Below, one piece after another: positions 46,242-58,879 of a stretch of DNA of 64,000 bases. The stretch's first letter is position 1. Every line of letters begins with the position of its first letter. Source of the DNA: Scyliorhinus canicula (Eukaryota); NCBI RefSeq assembly GCF_902713615.1, contig NC_052163.1, positions 110,735,093 through 110,799,092 of the forward strand, written 5' to 3'. A program made the translations under genes and the position numbers. A model generated the notes under the pieces. The model saw only the letters and a list, made by a program, of their open reading frames with translations, was not told the DNA's origin and did not search any database.

Positions 46242-47463
46242 TTGCGCTTCCATTATCAATACAACATCATGTACAGCGCAGGGCAGGACAATGCAAATAT
46301 GGACGCAGTGAGTTGTCTCCCGCTCCCAGATTTGCTTTCCAAGACGTTGTGTCCTCCCATGTCAATTTTCTTACTCAAGGCACTGGCACAGACTCAAGTA
46401 AGTGCAAAGCAGGTTAAGCAATGGATGGACAGAGATCTTAATCTGTCGCAAGTGAAAATATTTCTGATGCCAGGATGGCCAACGACCCTGGACGATGATG
46501 AGTTGAAACTTATGTGAAGGGTAGGGGTGAGTTAAGTGTCCAGGATGTGGGGACAAGATTGGCGATCCATTCCTGGTCATTCACAAGTCATGGAGGAAAT
46601 TAATGAGGTTCATCCAGGTGCTTCCAAAATCTCGCCAGGTCGTATGTTTAGTGGCCTAATATGGATCTGGACTTGGGAAAACAAGGTGAAATCCTGTTTG
46701 GCATGTCATATAAATCAGAGGTTGGCGTCACCAGCGCCGCTTCATCCTTTGGAGTGGCCTAATGGGCTGTGAACAAAATGTGAATTTTGCAGGACCTTTA
46801 ATGAACCACATGTTTTTGATTGTCGCAGATGTGCATTTGAAATGGTTGGAAACACTTATGTTGAGAGTAATATCACAGCTCCTGTGACAATTGAGAAGCT
46901 ACTTCAAATAGTTTCAACTCATGGTCTACCAGATTCGCTTGTGCCAAATAACGGCACTACGTTTACAAGCGAATTATTTCAAGAAATTCATGCCATGTGC
47001 GTTTCATCCAGCTTCGAATTTCTTGGTGGAGCTGGCTGTTCAAACTTTAAGTTGGGATTGAAGAGAAAGCTTTGAGCACAAAGCTCTCAAAAGTTTTATG
47101 CCAGGAGCGCGTCGCGGCACAATCCACACCCGGGCGCTCTTCCTGGGGAATTGTTGTTCAGTTGAAGGCTGAAATCTCGTCTGGATCTGTTTAATCCAGA
47201 TCTCAGGGCAAAAGTGAGGAGGAGACAAGAGAAGCAGAGGGAGGGGCTGGCCTAGCAGGCCAAAGCAAGGCAGCTCAAACCGGATGACCAGGTTGACATG
47301 AGCAACTTTGGTCACAACCAGAGGTGGTTACCAGTTACCGGGAACAATTTTAAATCTTGGATGGTGAGACTGCAACACGGAGGAGTTGTTCACAGACACC
47401 AAGACAGTATTCGTTTACGTTGTGACTCAGTCATGAAACGTTTCAGAGTCAGCAGCCTTTACA

Positions 47464-47722
47464 GATAACATGGCAGAGGGTAATGCTGCCATGATAACAT
47501 GGCAGAGGGTAATGCTGCCATGATAACATGGCAGATGGTAATGCTGCCATGATAACATGGCAGAGGGTAATGCTGCCATGATAACATGGCAGAGGGTAAT
47601 GCTGCCATGATAACATGGCAGATGGTAATGCTGCCATGATAACATGGCAGAGGGTAATGCTGCCATGATAACATGGCAGAGGGTAATGCTGCCATGATAA
47701 CATGGCAGAGGGTAATGCTGCC
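47464..47722. repeat. 29-bp minisatellite (gataacatggcagagggtaatgctgccat) x9 with an internal inverted repeat
   Basis: Near-perfect copies; catggcag/ctgccatg 8-bp stem per unit. Confidence 0.95.
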
Positions 47723-48018
47723 GTGGGTGTTCACCAGGAAGTGGTCCCTGTGTTTCCACGTTTGCTGGCTGACTCTGCTGGTGGAGTGGAAGAGGAACGT
47801 TCACGTTCAGCTTCTCAATCTACCTCTTCACCCAAGATTCCGGATCAACCAATTCTGTGCTGTATTTCTCTATATCTCTATATCTATATCTCTATAACCG
47901 TTACAATTTCACCAGTGGTATTGCGTAGGTCACAATGCAATCACAAAGCTCCTGACAGACCTCTGTATAGTTAAGACAAACCTTTGTTATATTCTGTCCC
48001 GAGGAGATATTGAAATTT

Positions 48019-48264
48019 TTTTTTTTTTTTTAATTTTTTTTTTTTTAAATTTAGATTACCCAATTATTTTTTCTATTAAGGGGCAATTTAGCGTGGCCAA
48101 TCCACCTACTCTGCACATTTTTTTTTGGGTTGTGGGGGCGAAACCCACGCAGACACGGGGAGAATGTGCAAACTCCACACGGACAGTGACCCAGAGCCGG
48201 GATCGAACCTGGGACCTCAGCGCCGTGAGGCGGTTGTGCTAACCACTAGGCCACCGTGCTGCCC
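48019..48264 (-). mobile_element. V-SINE with long A-tail and 14-bp TSD
   Basis: TSD agatattgaaattt at 48005-48018 and 48267-48280. Confidence 0.92.
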
Positions 48265-49414
48265 TAAGATATTGAAATTTAAGGAGAGAGTAGTGTTACA
48301 GAGTGTAATTTTGCTTCCAGAGTGTTCTTATTGGCCTTTCTCCTTTATAAGTGTTTACTGGCGTCTGTTGAAGGTTCTGAACATGTGTGAGCTTGGGCTG
48401 GGCGTTTTCAGTCTGGAAGAGTTGTGTGGCTTGTAAGCAAGACCTGTTGACTAATGCTCCTGTTTCCATAGTTATGACTGCTATTATTGAACTTTGTTGT
48501 CTATTTATATAAAGATGTGCCTTCTTTTAAACAAAGCATTCGACTACCTGCTTTGTGGTCTCAAATTACCACAGTAATCCAGAGCCCATTAGTGTTTCTA
48601 TGGAGAGTTGATTGACGATACTTTATCATGTATGTGTGTCCAGACAACAGCAACACCCATCTCTGCATCTGCCTCATTGGTGATGGAATGCTGATGTGCA
48701 GCTCGAGCATCGTTGTCAGGGGCGATGATCTGTTAGTAAAGTGAATTTCCTTCCATATAGGGATTGGTAAAAACATTTGATCCCGAAAATAATGCCTGGA
48801 GTTTCCTTCTCTATCTGTGCTTATTTTATTTCTGTTGTTCACCAGGAAGTGGTGCTGGCTTCTCTTCACCAATGGGCAATGAGGAACCACTGCTCCCACA
48901 TCTGGTCTCCCTTCAATCTGTAGATTCCTGAGTTACCCCAGGCCTAGGGTCAATCGTCGGGCAAGCGCCGTTCAGTGCTGGTCTCCACAATCGGGGACCA
49001 GACGGAATGGCACTCGTGGGGGTCTCCCAGGGGATCGGAGGCCCCCAGGTGCATGCCCTATGGACAGGGTGGTACCCTGGCACCTGGGTTCCAGCCTGGC
49101 ACTCCCAAGGTGCACTGCCAACATGCCAAGTTGGAATTTTTTATGCGCTGCCAATAGGGTTGCAGGCGCCCTATATATTTACATTTTGGTTCCTTCAGTG
49201 TCTCCTACCTATATTTGGCACCCTCCGGCACCACTTTTGGTGTAGCGAATATTTTAGCTTCTAAATCTTTTTTGGATGTCTGCCCACAGAGCGACAATTT
49301 TTCTGTAGTTGTTTGTACTTTTCTGAGGCTCTGCCAGTGTGGTTCCAACATCCCCGTCGGCGGTTTTCATTTTGGTATATGGAAAGCATAGGCTTGTAGA
49401 CCAGGTGTGGGAAC

Positions 49415-49565
49415 AGGGTTAGAGTTTGGGTTTGATGCGGGGGAAGTTAGTGAGGACAGGGTTAGGGTTAGGGTTAGGGTTAGGGTTTGATGCGGGGGAA
49501 GTGAGTGAGGACAGGGTTAGGGTTAGGGTTCGGTGTGGGGGCAGGGTTAAGGTTAGGGTTAGGCT
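49415..49565 (+). repeat. Short degenerate (TTAGGG)n-like tract
   Basis: Four to five exact units at about 49458-49487 plus degenerate units. Confidence 0.75.
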
Positions 49566-50616
49566 TCGGATCTGGTGCGATACCCTCTACTGATGAAATG
49601 ATTAATATCCTTTTTCATTTAATTTCTCCACCCTTGGTGGCTGTTGCATCTGCTGTCGGAGACACCAAGCTCTGGAATTCTCATCCGAACCCTGACCCAC
49701 TCCTTTTGATCCTCCTGAACGTTCCTTAAAACTATTGACAAATTGTTTTGTGTCCTATCCTCACATTTCCTTATGTGGTTTGCGGTCAAATATTGTTTGA
49801 CAATCATTCCTTTGTGGAGGCTTCAATTAAGGTGCCACTATAAAGGAAATCTCTAAATGCAAGTTAATGTTGTGGGTGTGGCAAAATACATTTAATTATT
49901 TTTCAAGGTGCAGTTCCTGTTGTAATGCTTCACCTGTACTGACCCTTCACCCTTGCCAACCACTTGTTCATGGGGCCCAGGGCTGTTATTCTGATTTTCA
50001 GTTCCAGACTCATCGATCCTCCTCCCCGACATTACTAATTTACACTGACTCTCAGGCTATTAATTGTGCATCATCCTGCAGTAAACTGTCTGAAATTCCT
50101 GTTCTTTGCCATTATCTCTTCCGCTGGAAGTCCTCTCTGCTATTTGCAAGCTGCCAGTACAAACATTCAAGCCCCATTTTGAACTTGTTTTGAATGTGAA
50201 GCTTCAGTTTCCATCTGGAGATGTCAGATACCAGACCTCTTACCAAATATGTGTATCGTCCTCCTCCAGTTAACGCAGCAATAATCAGATTCCTGCAGAT
50301 GCCTCAGGAAGTGCGTTTCCAGCTCTGCTTCCTGTAGACTACAGTGGGCAGCGCAGCTCTTTGAGGTCAGCTTTTAGTCTCAAAGTCATGTGAATCATCA
50401 TGAATTCACTTGTCGATTAGATTGTGAAACTGCATCAGACATCCCTTTCGGCTGTGACCTGTTACCAAGGTAACATTCTTATCTAACTTTATTAACGTTT
50501 ATCGGGAATTTATCAAAACATTCAAAACAAGCCACGGGTATGCCAGCCCCAGTAGGGACTCTGAGACCCATGACGAGAATGTGATCATTAATAATTCCAA
50601 TTTAGAAAGCAACACA

Positions 50617-51255
50617 GGCTGGATTCTCCGAAGTCATGGTCGCTGATCGGGGGGGGGGGGGGGAGAATGGATTTTCGCGGCAGAATCAGGGCCGCCGCCG
50701 GTTTGGCGCCAATCCACCATGCTCCGCCCCCTCCAAACTGGCGTCACCGTTTCAACGGCGTTGGCGCGTCATCGGCTGGCCCACCCGCAATGCTCCATCC
50801 CTGATGGGCCAAGGTCCTGACGGTGTGGCACACGTTTGGTCCCAACCCGTGCAGCAACCCAGCTTGACGGCTGCGGACTGTGTCTACCACACTCAGCCGG
50901 GATCCGTGCCGCTTGCCGGGGGTGGGGGGGGGGGGGTGGGGGGGGGGGGGGGGGGGGGAGGGGGGGGGGAGGTGGGGGGTGGCCAGGGGTTAACGGTTTG
51001 CGGGTTAGGCTACGCGCATGGCCGGCGCCATGTTGTACGGCTGCAGGTCGTCAGCCGTACATGCGTGGCCCGGGACCCGGCCGTTCTCCGGACGTTTTCT
51101 CTGTGTGATCCACGCAAGTTTCACGCTGCGCCGGTGCTAGCCCCTCATTGGTACCGGAATCGGTGAGTGGGTTTGCGCCAATTTGCCGGTCGTGAATCAC
51201 CACGGGTCCCACGCCGCCGTTGGCACTTAGTCGCAGGAGCAGAGAATCTAGTCCC
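50617..51255. mobile_element. Harbinger-type MITE
   Basis: TIR-like ggctggattctcc / gagaatctagtccc; flanks aca / aca. Confidence 0.75.
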
Positions 51256-51686
51256 ACATCTACCGAAGCCGTGAAACTTACCACCGCAAGGAGTTGCTGA
51301 GAGAGTATCAAAACATGAGTGACCTCATTGGAAAGAAAGGGTCGGAGTTCATTCTGCTGCCTATGTCCTAATCCAGGCCAAGGCCTATTCACACATTATA
51401 CTCCTCTGCTGGCTGACCGATATATATATATTTTTTTAATCCATTGAATTCACATTCCACCGGCTGCCATGGTGGGATTTGAACCCTTGTTGGCTAAAGC
51501 CCTGGGTCTGTGGATTACGTGGTTTTGCTGATCTCTTTCAGCACCTAATTGAGCAAACATCTCAATTTTAAAATTTACATCCTTGCTGCCAAATGCTGCA
51601 ATCGCCTCGCTGCTTCCGAACTACATGCAGCTACAGCAAACAAATTGATAAGAAAATGATATGTTCGGTATCATTATGGTATGTTC

Positions 51687-52019
51687 GGGCAGCACGGTAG
51701 CACAAGTGGATAGCACTGTGGCTTCACAGCGCCAGGGTCCCAGGTTCGATTCCCCCGCTGGGTCACTGTCTGTGCGGAGTCTGCACGTTCTCCCCGTGTC
51801 TGCGTGGGTTTCCTCCGGGTGTTCCGGTTTCCTCCCACCGTCCAAAGACATGCAGGTTAGGTGGATTGGCCATGATAAATTGCCCTAAGTGTTCAAAAGG
51901 TTAGGAGGGGTTATTGGGTTACGGGGATAGGGTGGAAGTGAGGGCTTAAGTGGGTCGGTGCAGACTGGATGGGCCGAATGGCCTCCTTCTGCACTGTATG
52001 TTCTATGTTCTATGTTCTA
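51687..52019 (+). mobile_element. Full-length HE1-like V-SINE with CR1-type tail
   Basis: A/B boxes, V-domain and (ttctatg)n tail. Confidence 0.92.
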
Positions 52020-52137
52020 GACTTAGATTGGAGTGTAAGAAATAAGACTTTCTATAATTAACTGGGCCAAAGTGAAACCACACCTAAAGTATGGTGTGCT
52101 GAACCTTAGTGAGGCCGCACCTAGATTACTGTGTACA

Positions 52138-52401
52138 TGTTATACCATCAATTCACTGAGAGACCGTGAGAGCGAGTGAACATTGGGCTTTAATATCCAT
52201 GAACTCGCCTGCCAGAGTCGGCTGTACAAATGAGTGCCACCCACAGGTGGCCGGACTATATATGGCCCCGGTGAGGACGGAGCCAGAGGCGAAGCCCACC
52301 AGGGTTCCAGTACAGTACCTGGAAGTAGCCCGTATCATCACTTCCAGGTCATGGGTCACATCATTATACAGACATGCATTAGGTGAAATACATTCACCAC
52401 A
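52138..52401 (-). mobile_element. Solo LTR of the same Gypsy group
   Basis: Minus strand tgtggtgaatg...attaaagccc...aattgatggtataaca; exact TSD gtaca. Confidence 0.9.
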
Positions 52402-52820
52402 GTACAATTGTACTGGGCTTTAGTAAAACCACACCTAGAGTATGTGTGCTGAACTTTCGTGAGACCAGACTGAGATTACTGTGTCCAGTTGTACTGGGCC
52501 TTGGTGAGACCACACCAAGATCATTGTGTACTGGGTTTTAGTAAGACCACCTCGAGTATATATGCTGAACCTTTGTGAGACAAGACCGAGATTACTGTGT
52601 GCAATTATACTGAGCCTTAGTGAGACCTCACCTCGATTAATGTGTACATTGAACTGGGCCTTAGTAAAACCAGACCTAGATTAATGTGTGCTGGGCTTTA
52701 GCGAGACAACGCCTAGATTATGTGTGCAGGATTTTCATGAGACTAGTCTGAGATTACTGTATACTGGGCCTTAGTGAGACCATATGTAGATTATTGTGTA
52801 CTGGGCCTTACTGAGACCAC

Positions 52821-53228
52821 TGTCATAATATCCACTCATGTATATCATGAGATGCAGACAGGCAGTGATTGGCACACAGGATAACCAATGAACAGACACG
52901 ACACAGAACAACCAATCACCAGACAGGACACCACCACTATAAAGCCCTCAGGGCATTAAGATTCTCCCTCTCTCACAATACACGGCCAAGGAGATAATCG
53001 CAGTGCACAGGCCAATGAACATCATCACCATGTGATAGAGAGCTAGTCTGGTCAAGCCAGTAGGAGGTTATCAGTTAGGTTAATAGAGTGTCAACCCACA
53101 GCAGATTATGTACAGCAATCAACAGGTTCAATAAAACAGTGTTGGACCATCTCCTCTGTCGGAAGCCTGTTTCTCGTTTTACTGCATCGAGTTGCAGTCG
53201 ATGTTAGACCAACACAGATAACACATCA
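52821..53228 (+). mobile_element. Solo LTR (unrelated family)
   Basis: tgtcata...ctataaa...aataaa...acacatca; exact TSD accac. Confidence 0.9.
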
Positions 53229-53270
53229 ACCACACCTAGATTACTGTGTGCTGGACCGTAGTGAGACATG

Positions 53271-53907
53271 GGGCGGGATTCTCCGACATTAATCCAGCCC
53301 CGACGCCGGCTGCCGAATTCTCCGGTGACGGATTTTTGGCGGGGGCGGGAATCACGTCGCGCCAGTTGGGGGCCGTTGCCAGCGGCCCCCCCAGCGATTC
53401 TCCACTACCCGATGTGCCGAGCGGTTGCCTGTTTCTGCCCAGTCCCGCCGGCGTAGATTACACCAGGTCCGTACTGGCAGGATCTGGCTCTGAGGGTGGG
53501 CTGCGGAGTCCTCGGGGGGGGGCACGGTAGCCTGGCCCGCGATCGGGGCCCACCGATCTACAGACGGGCCTGTACCGTGGGGGCACTCTGTCCCTCTGCG
53601 CCGGCCGCTGTAAAGCTACGGCATCACCGGCGCGGAGAAGAAACCCCCTGCACATGCGCAGAAAATACGCCAGTGGTTCTGCGCATGCGCCAGAACACGC
53701 TGGCGATCCTGCGCATGCGCCAACTCATGCCGGCCAGCGGAGGCCTTTCGGGGCTGGTTGGCATGGCGCCAACCCCTCCAGCGCCGGCTTAGCCCCCGAA
53801 GGTGCGGAGGATTCCGCACCTTCCGGGTGTACCGACGCTGGAGTGGTTCACGCCACTCCTTGGCGCCGGTACAGCCCGTCCCGCCGGATAGCGGAGAATC
53901 CCGGCCC
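53271..53907. mobile_element. Harbinger-like MITE
   Basis: TIRs gggcgggattctccg / cggagaatcccggccc; acatg on both flanks. Confidence 0.8.
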
Positions 53908-54009
53908 ACATGTAGATTATTGTGTACTGGGCCTTGGTGAGACCACACCTAGATTACTGTGTTGGACCTTAGTGAGACCACACCCAGATTATTGTGACCA
54001 TATGTTACT

Positions 54010-55650
54010 ATAAATACGCACAGGAGCTTGTATGAGTATACACGGTTGCGTTTTGGCGTGTGCCCTGCCAGTGCTATTTTTCAACGGGTCATGGAGAGCA
54101 TCTTGTGTGGGTTGCCACGTATCACTGTTTATTTAGATAATGTCTTGATTCTGGGAGTTTCGGAGTGAGAACATTTGGATAATTTGGAGTCTGTACTTAA
54201 ACATTTTTCGGAGGTTGGAGTCTGTTTACATCGCGCAGGCGAAGGTCGTGATGTACTGATGTTATCACCTCGGTTTGCACCCCGTCACAGAGAAGGTGTC
54301 CGCAGTCCAACAGACCCCAGCCCCGACAGATGCTTTGGGTCTTCGTTCTTTTCTCGGTCTCGTAAGTTACTAAGGGAAGTTTCTCCCCAATCTGGTGACT
54401 ATGCTGCCCCATTGCACCTTCTGCTGAAGAAGAATCACGTCTGGGTTTGAGGTCGGCCGCAAGAAACCGCTTTTCAGCGGTTAAAGTAGCAGTTGTCTGG
54501 GTTACGAACCCACTATGATCCTGCCTTTGAAAAGCCTTTACTCATCACGTGCGATGCCTCCCCATAAGCCATTGCGGCCGCCCTGTCCTGCAGGATGGAG
54601 ACAGGAGGTGAGCAACCGATAGCTTTCGTCTCCCGCACATTGACTGCAGCGGAAAATAAATTCTCACAGATTGAAAAGAAGGGCCTGGCAGTGGTCTTTG
54701 CATGAAACCCTTCCACCAATACGTTTATGGCCGCCACTTCACTATCGTGACCGATCATATGCCGCTGCTGGGACTTTTCAGAGAGGATAAGCCCATTTCA
54801 CCCATTGCTTCCGCTCAGATCCAGCGCTGGGCTTTGCCACTCGCTGCCTGCGAGTCTGCTCGAGAGCGTTAACCAGGGACCCAGATAGCGAATGACCATG
54901 CACTGAGCAGATTGCCTTTGTCGAACGGCCCCTGTCGACCCCCACTACAGGTGAGGTGGTTGAGACCATGAATTTTATGTCACGGCCCTGCGGATCTGTG
55001 AGTGGGCCCAGACAGAGCCGGTCCTATCCAAGGTTTGGTATGTAGTCCTGTACGGTGGGCAGCATAGACAGCTCCCAGGCGAGTTGCAGGCATTTTCCTC
55101 CAAGCTGTCTGAATTCAGCATTGAAGGTGACATCCTCTTGTGGGTCTCGCGCGTGGCCGTCCCGGATAAAGGGCAGGAGCTGATACCAAAGAACCTCCAC
55201 AATGGTCACCCGAGCGTGACCAAAATGAATACGTTGCCGTGAAGTTGTGTCCGGAGGCCAGGCCTTGACACCGACATCAAAAAGATGGCCCAACACTGCT
55301 CCGTTTGCCAAGAGCATCAGAAGCTTCCACCGGCGACATCCCTGCATCACCTGCAATGGCCAGGGTGGCCTTAGCCGCGTTTACATACCAACTGCGCTGA
55401 CCCTTTCCATGGATCCATGTTCCACTTATTGATTGATGCACAATCAAAATGGCTCAAGGTCCATAGGATGGCAAGAACGCAAATGTCCCGTGCAAGCATA
55501 GAGAAGATGCGGTTATCTTTTAGCACGCATGACCTCCCCGGGGTGCTGGTCATTGACAATGGCACTCCTTTCACAAGTGAGGAGTTTGCAGGGTTCATGA
55601 AGGTGAATGGTATGTGGCTTATTCGCACCGCTCCGTACCACCCAGAGGTG
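54010..55650 (+). mobile_element. Decayed Gypsy pol fragment (RT-RNase H-integrase)
   Basis: SAIFQRVME, ITCDASP, SQIEKKGLA and LLIDAQSKWL..THDLPGVLVIDNGTPFTSEEF. Confidence 0.85.
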
Positions 55651-56229
55651 TAACAGGGTACGCAGAGCAAACTATGTACGAACATGTGTACACAAAAGCA
55701 ATTAGCCATATAACAGTGCACAATGGTTTGTGTGAACAGTGAAACACAGAATGGGCTCTTGCAACTTGGTAAATAGCCCATTATGTGAACTTCTCCCTCT
55801 TCTATAACATGTGGTATGAGGGAACAACACAAAGACAAAACCAAAGAAAACTATGTTTGCCAGTCCAGTCTATGCCATGTGGAAACCCCAATATTGTGTG
55901 CTGGGCCTGCTCAGACGCCCAGAACGTGTAATATAACCAACAGGTGTAAAGGAGACTGTTCTCGGGCCCAATACCCTTTTGCTGGGCTCATCAGACCCAT
56001 TGGACTGGAGTCTCCATCAGCTGGATCCTCCATTTCGCCGGCAGCGCTCTCACGCCCGTGAATTTCCTGACGACGTTGGGGTGTCCACAATAGGAAACCC
56101 CATTGGCCGGATGCCCGGATGGAGGATCCCACTGCCGGTTGGGGCACGCCGTGCCAGAAAACGGGTGCGCCGGGGCGGAGAAGCCCGCCCATTGTGTGTG
56201 TGTTGTACGGACATGGGACGAAATGAGAC

Positions 56230-57200
56230 GCTAATGGGGTCTGCATGAACGTGGGTGTGGGAGCCTGCAGTCAGGGCAAGACGGTTGAGTTGTAGCATCA
56301 GCTGTCGGTGATGGTTCTGATCCTCGTAAGAGGTGACGCCGTTTGCGTACGTACCAATTGACGTTCGAAGCTACCACGTAGATGTTGGTTTGCTGGATCT
56401 TGCGGTTGACCACCTCCACCTGGTCATGGCCATGTATGGTCTGGATACAGACCGTTTGGCCTGGTGCTAAGGCTGTGAACATGTCGATTGTAATGTGCAT
56501 CGTTGCGCAGTCTGTGTTGTATCAGAGCACCTTGTACGTTGGATCCAATTTCAGGCTGCAACAGAGCCTTGGCAGTGAGAATCATGGTCCTAGTGCGTCT
56601 GGAAAAAAAGCTGTTGTGCTGACGAGGGCAGACCCGGTCATGGAGGATTCCGTAGGCTACGTCAGGCAGCAGAATCGGTGTGGTCCTGTGCACATTTTTC
56701 CAAGAGCTGTTAGCAGAGGGTACCGCTCTTTCTGCAAGCCCGTTTGACAGGGGGTGGAGGGGGCTACTTGTGATGTTCTCGAAGTCCCAGGAGCAAAATT
56801 CTGAAAGGCCCCAGAGACAAACTGTCGAATATTGTCTGTCATGATTCTCTGCCGGATCCCATGTGTAGAAAAGTGTTTCTTGAGCTTTATGATGACCAAA
56901 CCTCTGACTGTGTTCAGAAGGTAGTTGAGATCGAACCACCTGCAATCTGAATCAACAAGGACGAAATGCTGTTTATTATTCCACTGAAAAATATCAGTCA
57001 TTGTGAACGGTCACGGGAGGTCTGGGACCTTGTGCAGATATAGCGGTTACTTTGTATGGTGCAGTGTGGTGCATTACAAAATGCGCAACTTCAGACATCC
57101 CTGTCTATATCAGCGTGTATAGAGGTACAATACAACAATTCCTTTGCCCTGGCTTTAGTTACGTCCAACCCAGCATGCCCTGTTGGGTGTAGTACCACTG
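56230..57200 (-). mobile_element. Decayed Gypsy integrase fragment
   Basis: TDIFQWNNKQHFVLVD..FSTHGI..MTDN, HITSSP-like ..SNGLAERAV and YVRKRRHL. Confidence 0.85.
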
Positions 57201-57244
57201 GAGGGCAGGCGGATTGACAGGCAGGATTGGGCCATTTTGAGTGG

Positions 57245-58460
57245 TCAGTTCTTCTCCATACGCACGTAAAAAATCAAAAGAACAACCAAACAACTCAATA
57301 AACAACTACAACCCCCTACCTCCCCCTCCCGACACCAACATCCCACCACACCTCGCCTTCCCCATTTTAACCCCCTTACCCCTCCCGCACACCCCCAACC
57401 CCTTGCTGAACCATCTGGGTGAACCACTCTGCCCAGTCCCCCCCCCCCCCCCCCAGAGCGAACTGGACCTTTCCCAGCCTCAGGAATTCTGCCAGATCGC
57501 TCATCCATACTCCCGCTTTCGGCGGCTCCGAATCCCCCCGAGCAATATCCTTCTTCGGGCTGTCAGGGAGGCAAAGGCCAAGACATTGACCTCTCTCACC
57601 CCCTGGACTCCGGGTCTTCCGACACCCCAAATATCGCCACCTCGGGACTCGGTGCCACCTCCACACCCAACACCTCGGACATCACGTCTGAGAACTCCTG
57701 CCAGAACTCTCTCAGTCTTGGACACACCCAGAATATGTGGACAGGTTCCCCACACATCACCCACACCTATCCGCTACCCCTGTAAAGAACCTACTCATCC
57801 TCGCCAACCTCATGTGAGCCCTATGCACCACCTTAAACTGGATGAGGCTGAACCTCGCACACGACGAGGGCGCGTTCACCCTCCGCAAGGTCTCCGCCCA
57901 CATCTCAGCTCCCACCTCCCCTCCCAACTCCTCGTCCTACTTACGCTTAGTGTCCCCAACCAGGTCTCCCCCCGCCACCCCCACCCCCACCCCACCCCCG
58001 CCACCAACGCCTTGTCCATCACAACAAATTCAATCTGGGTGTACACCCACTGCATTTGGGATGAGTATGAAAACTCCTCACCCTCAGCTCCCAAATCTCC
58101 ACTGGTCCACGTCCGTTTAACCAGCCCATTCAACCCCCTCAGGGGGTTGAGGGGCTGGTTTAGCTCACTCGGCTAAATCGCTGGCTTTTAAAGCAGACTA
58201 AGCAGGCCAGCAGCACGGTTCGATTCCCGTACCAGCCTCCCCGGACAGGTGCCGGAATGTGGCGACTAGGGGCTTTTCACAGTAACTTCATTGAAGCCCA
58301 CTCGTGACAATAAGCGATTTTCATTTCATTTCATTTCATTTCATGTTCCACGTGACCAACCTGGTCGGGGGGCACCCCGCCCCTTCCCCTGCCGATCAGC
58401 TGTACCCCTCATTGCCGGGTATAATATCCCAAACTGGCCTGGTCTAGCCGAAACACAGAC
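57245..58460 (-). mobile_element. L1 ORF2 3' fragment
   Basis: Homologous to 3032-3870 (VLAFASLTARRRILL; IQFKVVHR region at about 57820-57850). Confidence 0.85.
58151..58343 (+). mobile_element. SINE family 2 nested in L1
   Basis: ggggctggtttagctcac A-box, ggttcgattccc B-box and (tttca)n tail. Confidence 0.9.
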
Positions 58461-58879
58461 TGCAGCAAGGACTGTGGTAACTGTAAATTTATTTTAGTCA
58501 TTCTGCAGCTATAAGAAAGAATTGTGACCCTCCTGAGGTCCCGGGGTACTCTGGCACGCTCCCGTCACGTGACAACGTGCCGCCTGGCGTGATCGAATGG
58601 TCACGTGCCAGCCTGGTCTACACCAGGGCCCACAAAATCGGGACCGCAAAAAACTAACTGCATTTGGAAATTTGTTCAAGGCAGCAAATCTGCTGAGGGA
58701 GAATATCCAGGCTAAGGCCCTCTGAGCTTCCAGAATTAAGGCTAAATATTCGCTCCCACCATCTCTTCCAAGCTCAAGACACTTGCAACCTCTCCCCATC
58801 TCCATACCCACATTAATTAATGTTCGTTTCATGATATCTCCCCATCAATCAGCTTGCCAAACAATGGGATGCTATTTCG

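Larger units (their letters stand above)
44910..48592 (+). mobile_element. Decayed Gypsy pol (RT-RNase H-integrase) with probable PPT and 3' LTR (about 48294-48592)
   Basis: Remnants GIPRLAVYLD, LCDATPYG, NANMDAVS and HGLPDSLVPNNGTTFTSELF; aaggagagagtag|tgttac at 48281-48299. Confidence 0.75.
52060..54000. repeat. Degenerate about 37-bp minisatellite (tactgggccttagtgagaccacacctagattactgtg) hosting three insertions
   Basis: Units at 52060-52137, 52402-52820, 53229-53270 and 53908-54000. Confidence 0.85.

Noticed and set aside
47464-47722. CRISPR-like palindromic 29-bp repeats
   Set aside because: No spacers, eukaryotic context and no cas genes.
49415-49565. Interstitial telomere or fusion site
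   Set aside because: Only a few exact units, degenerate, with no head-to-head arrangement.
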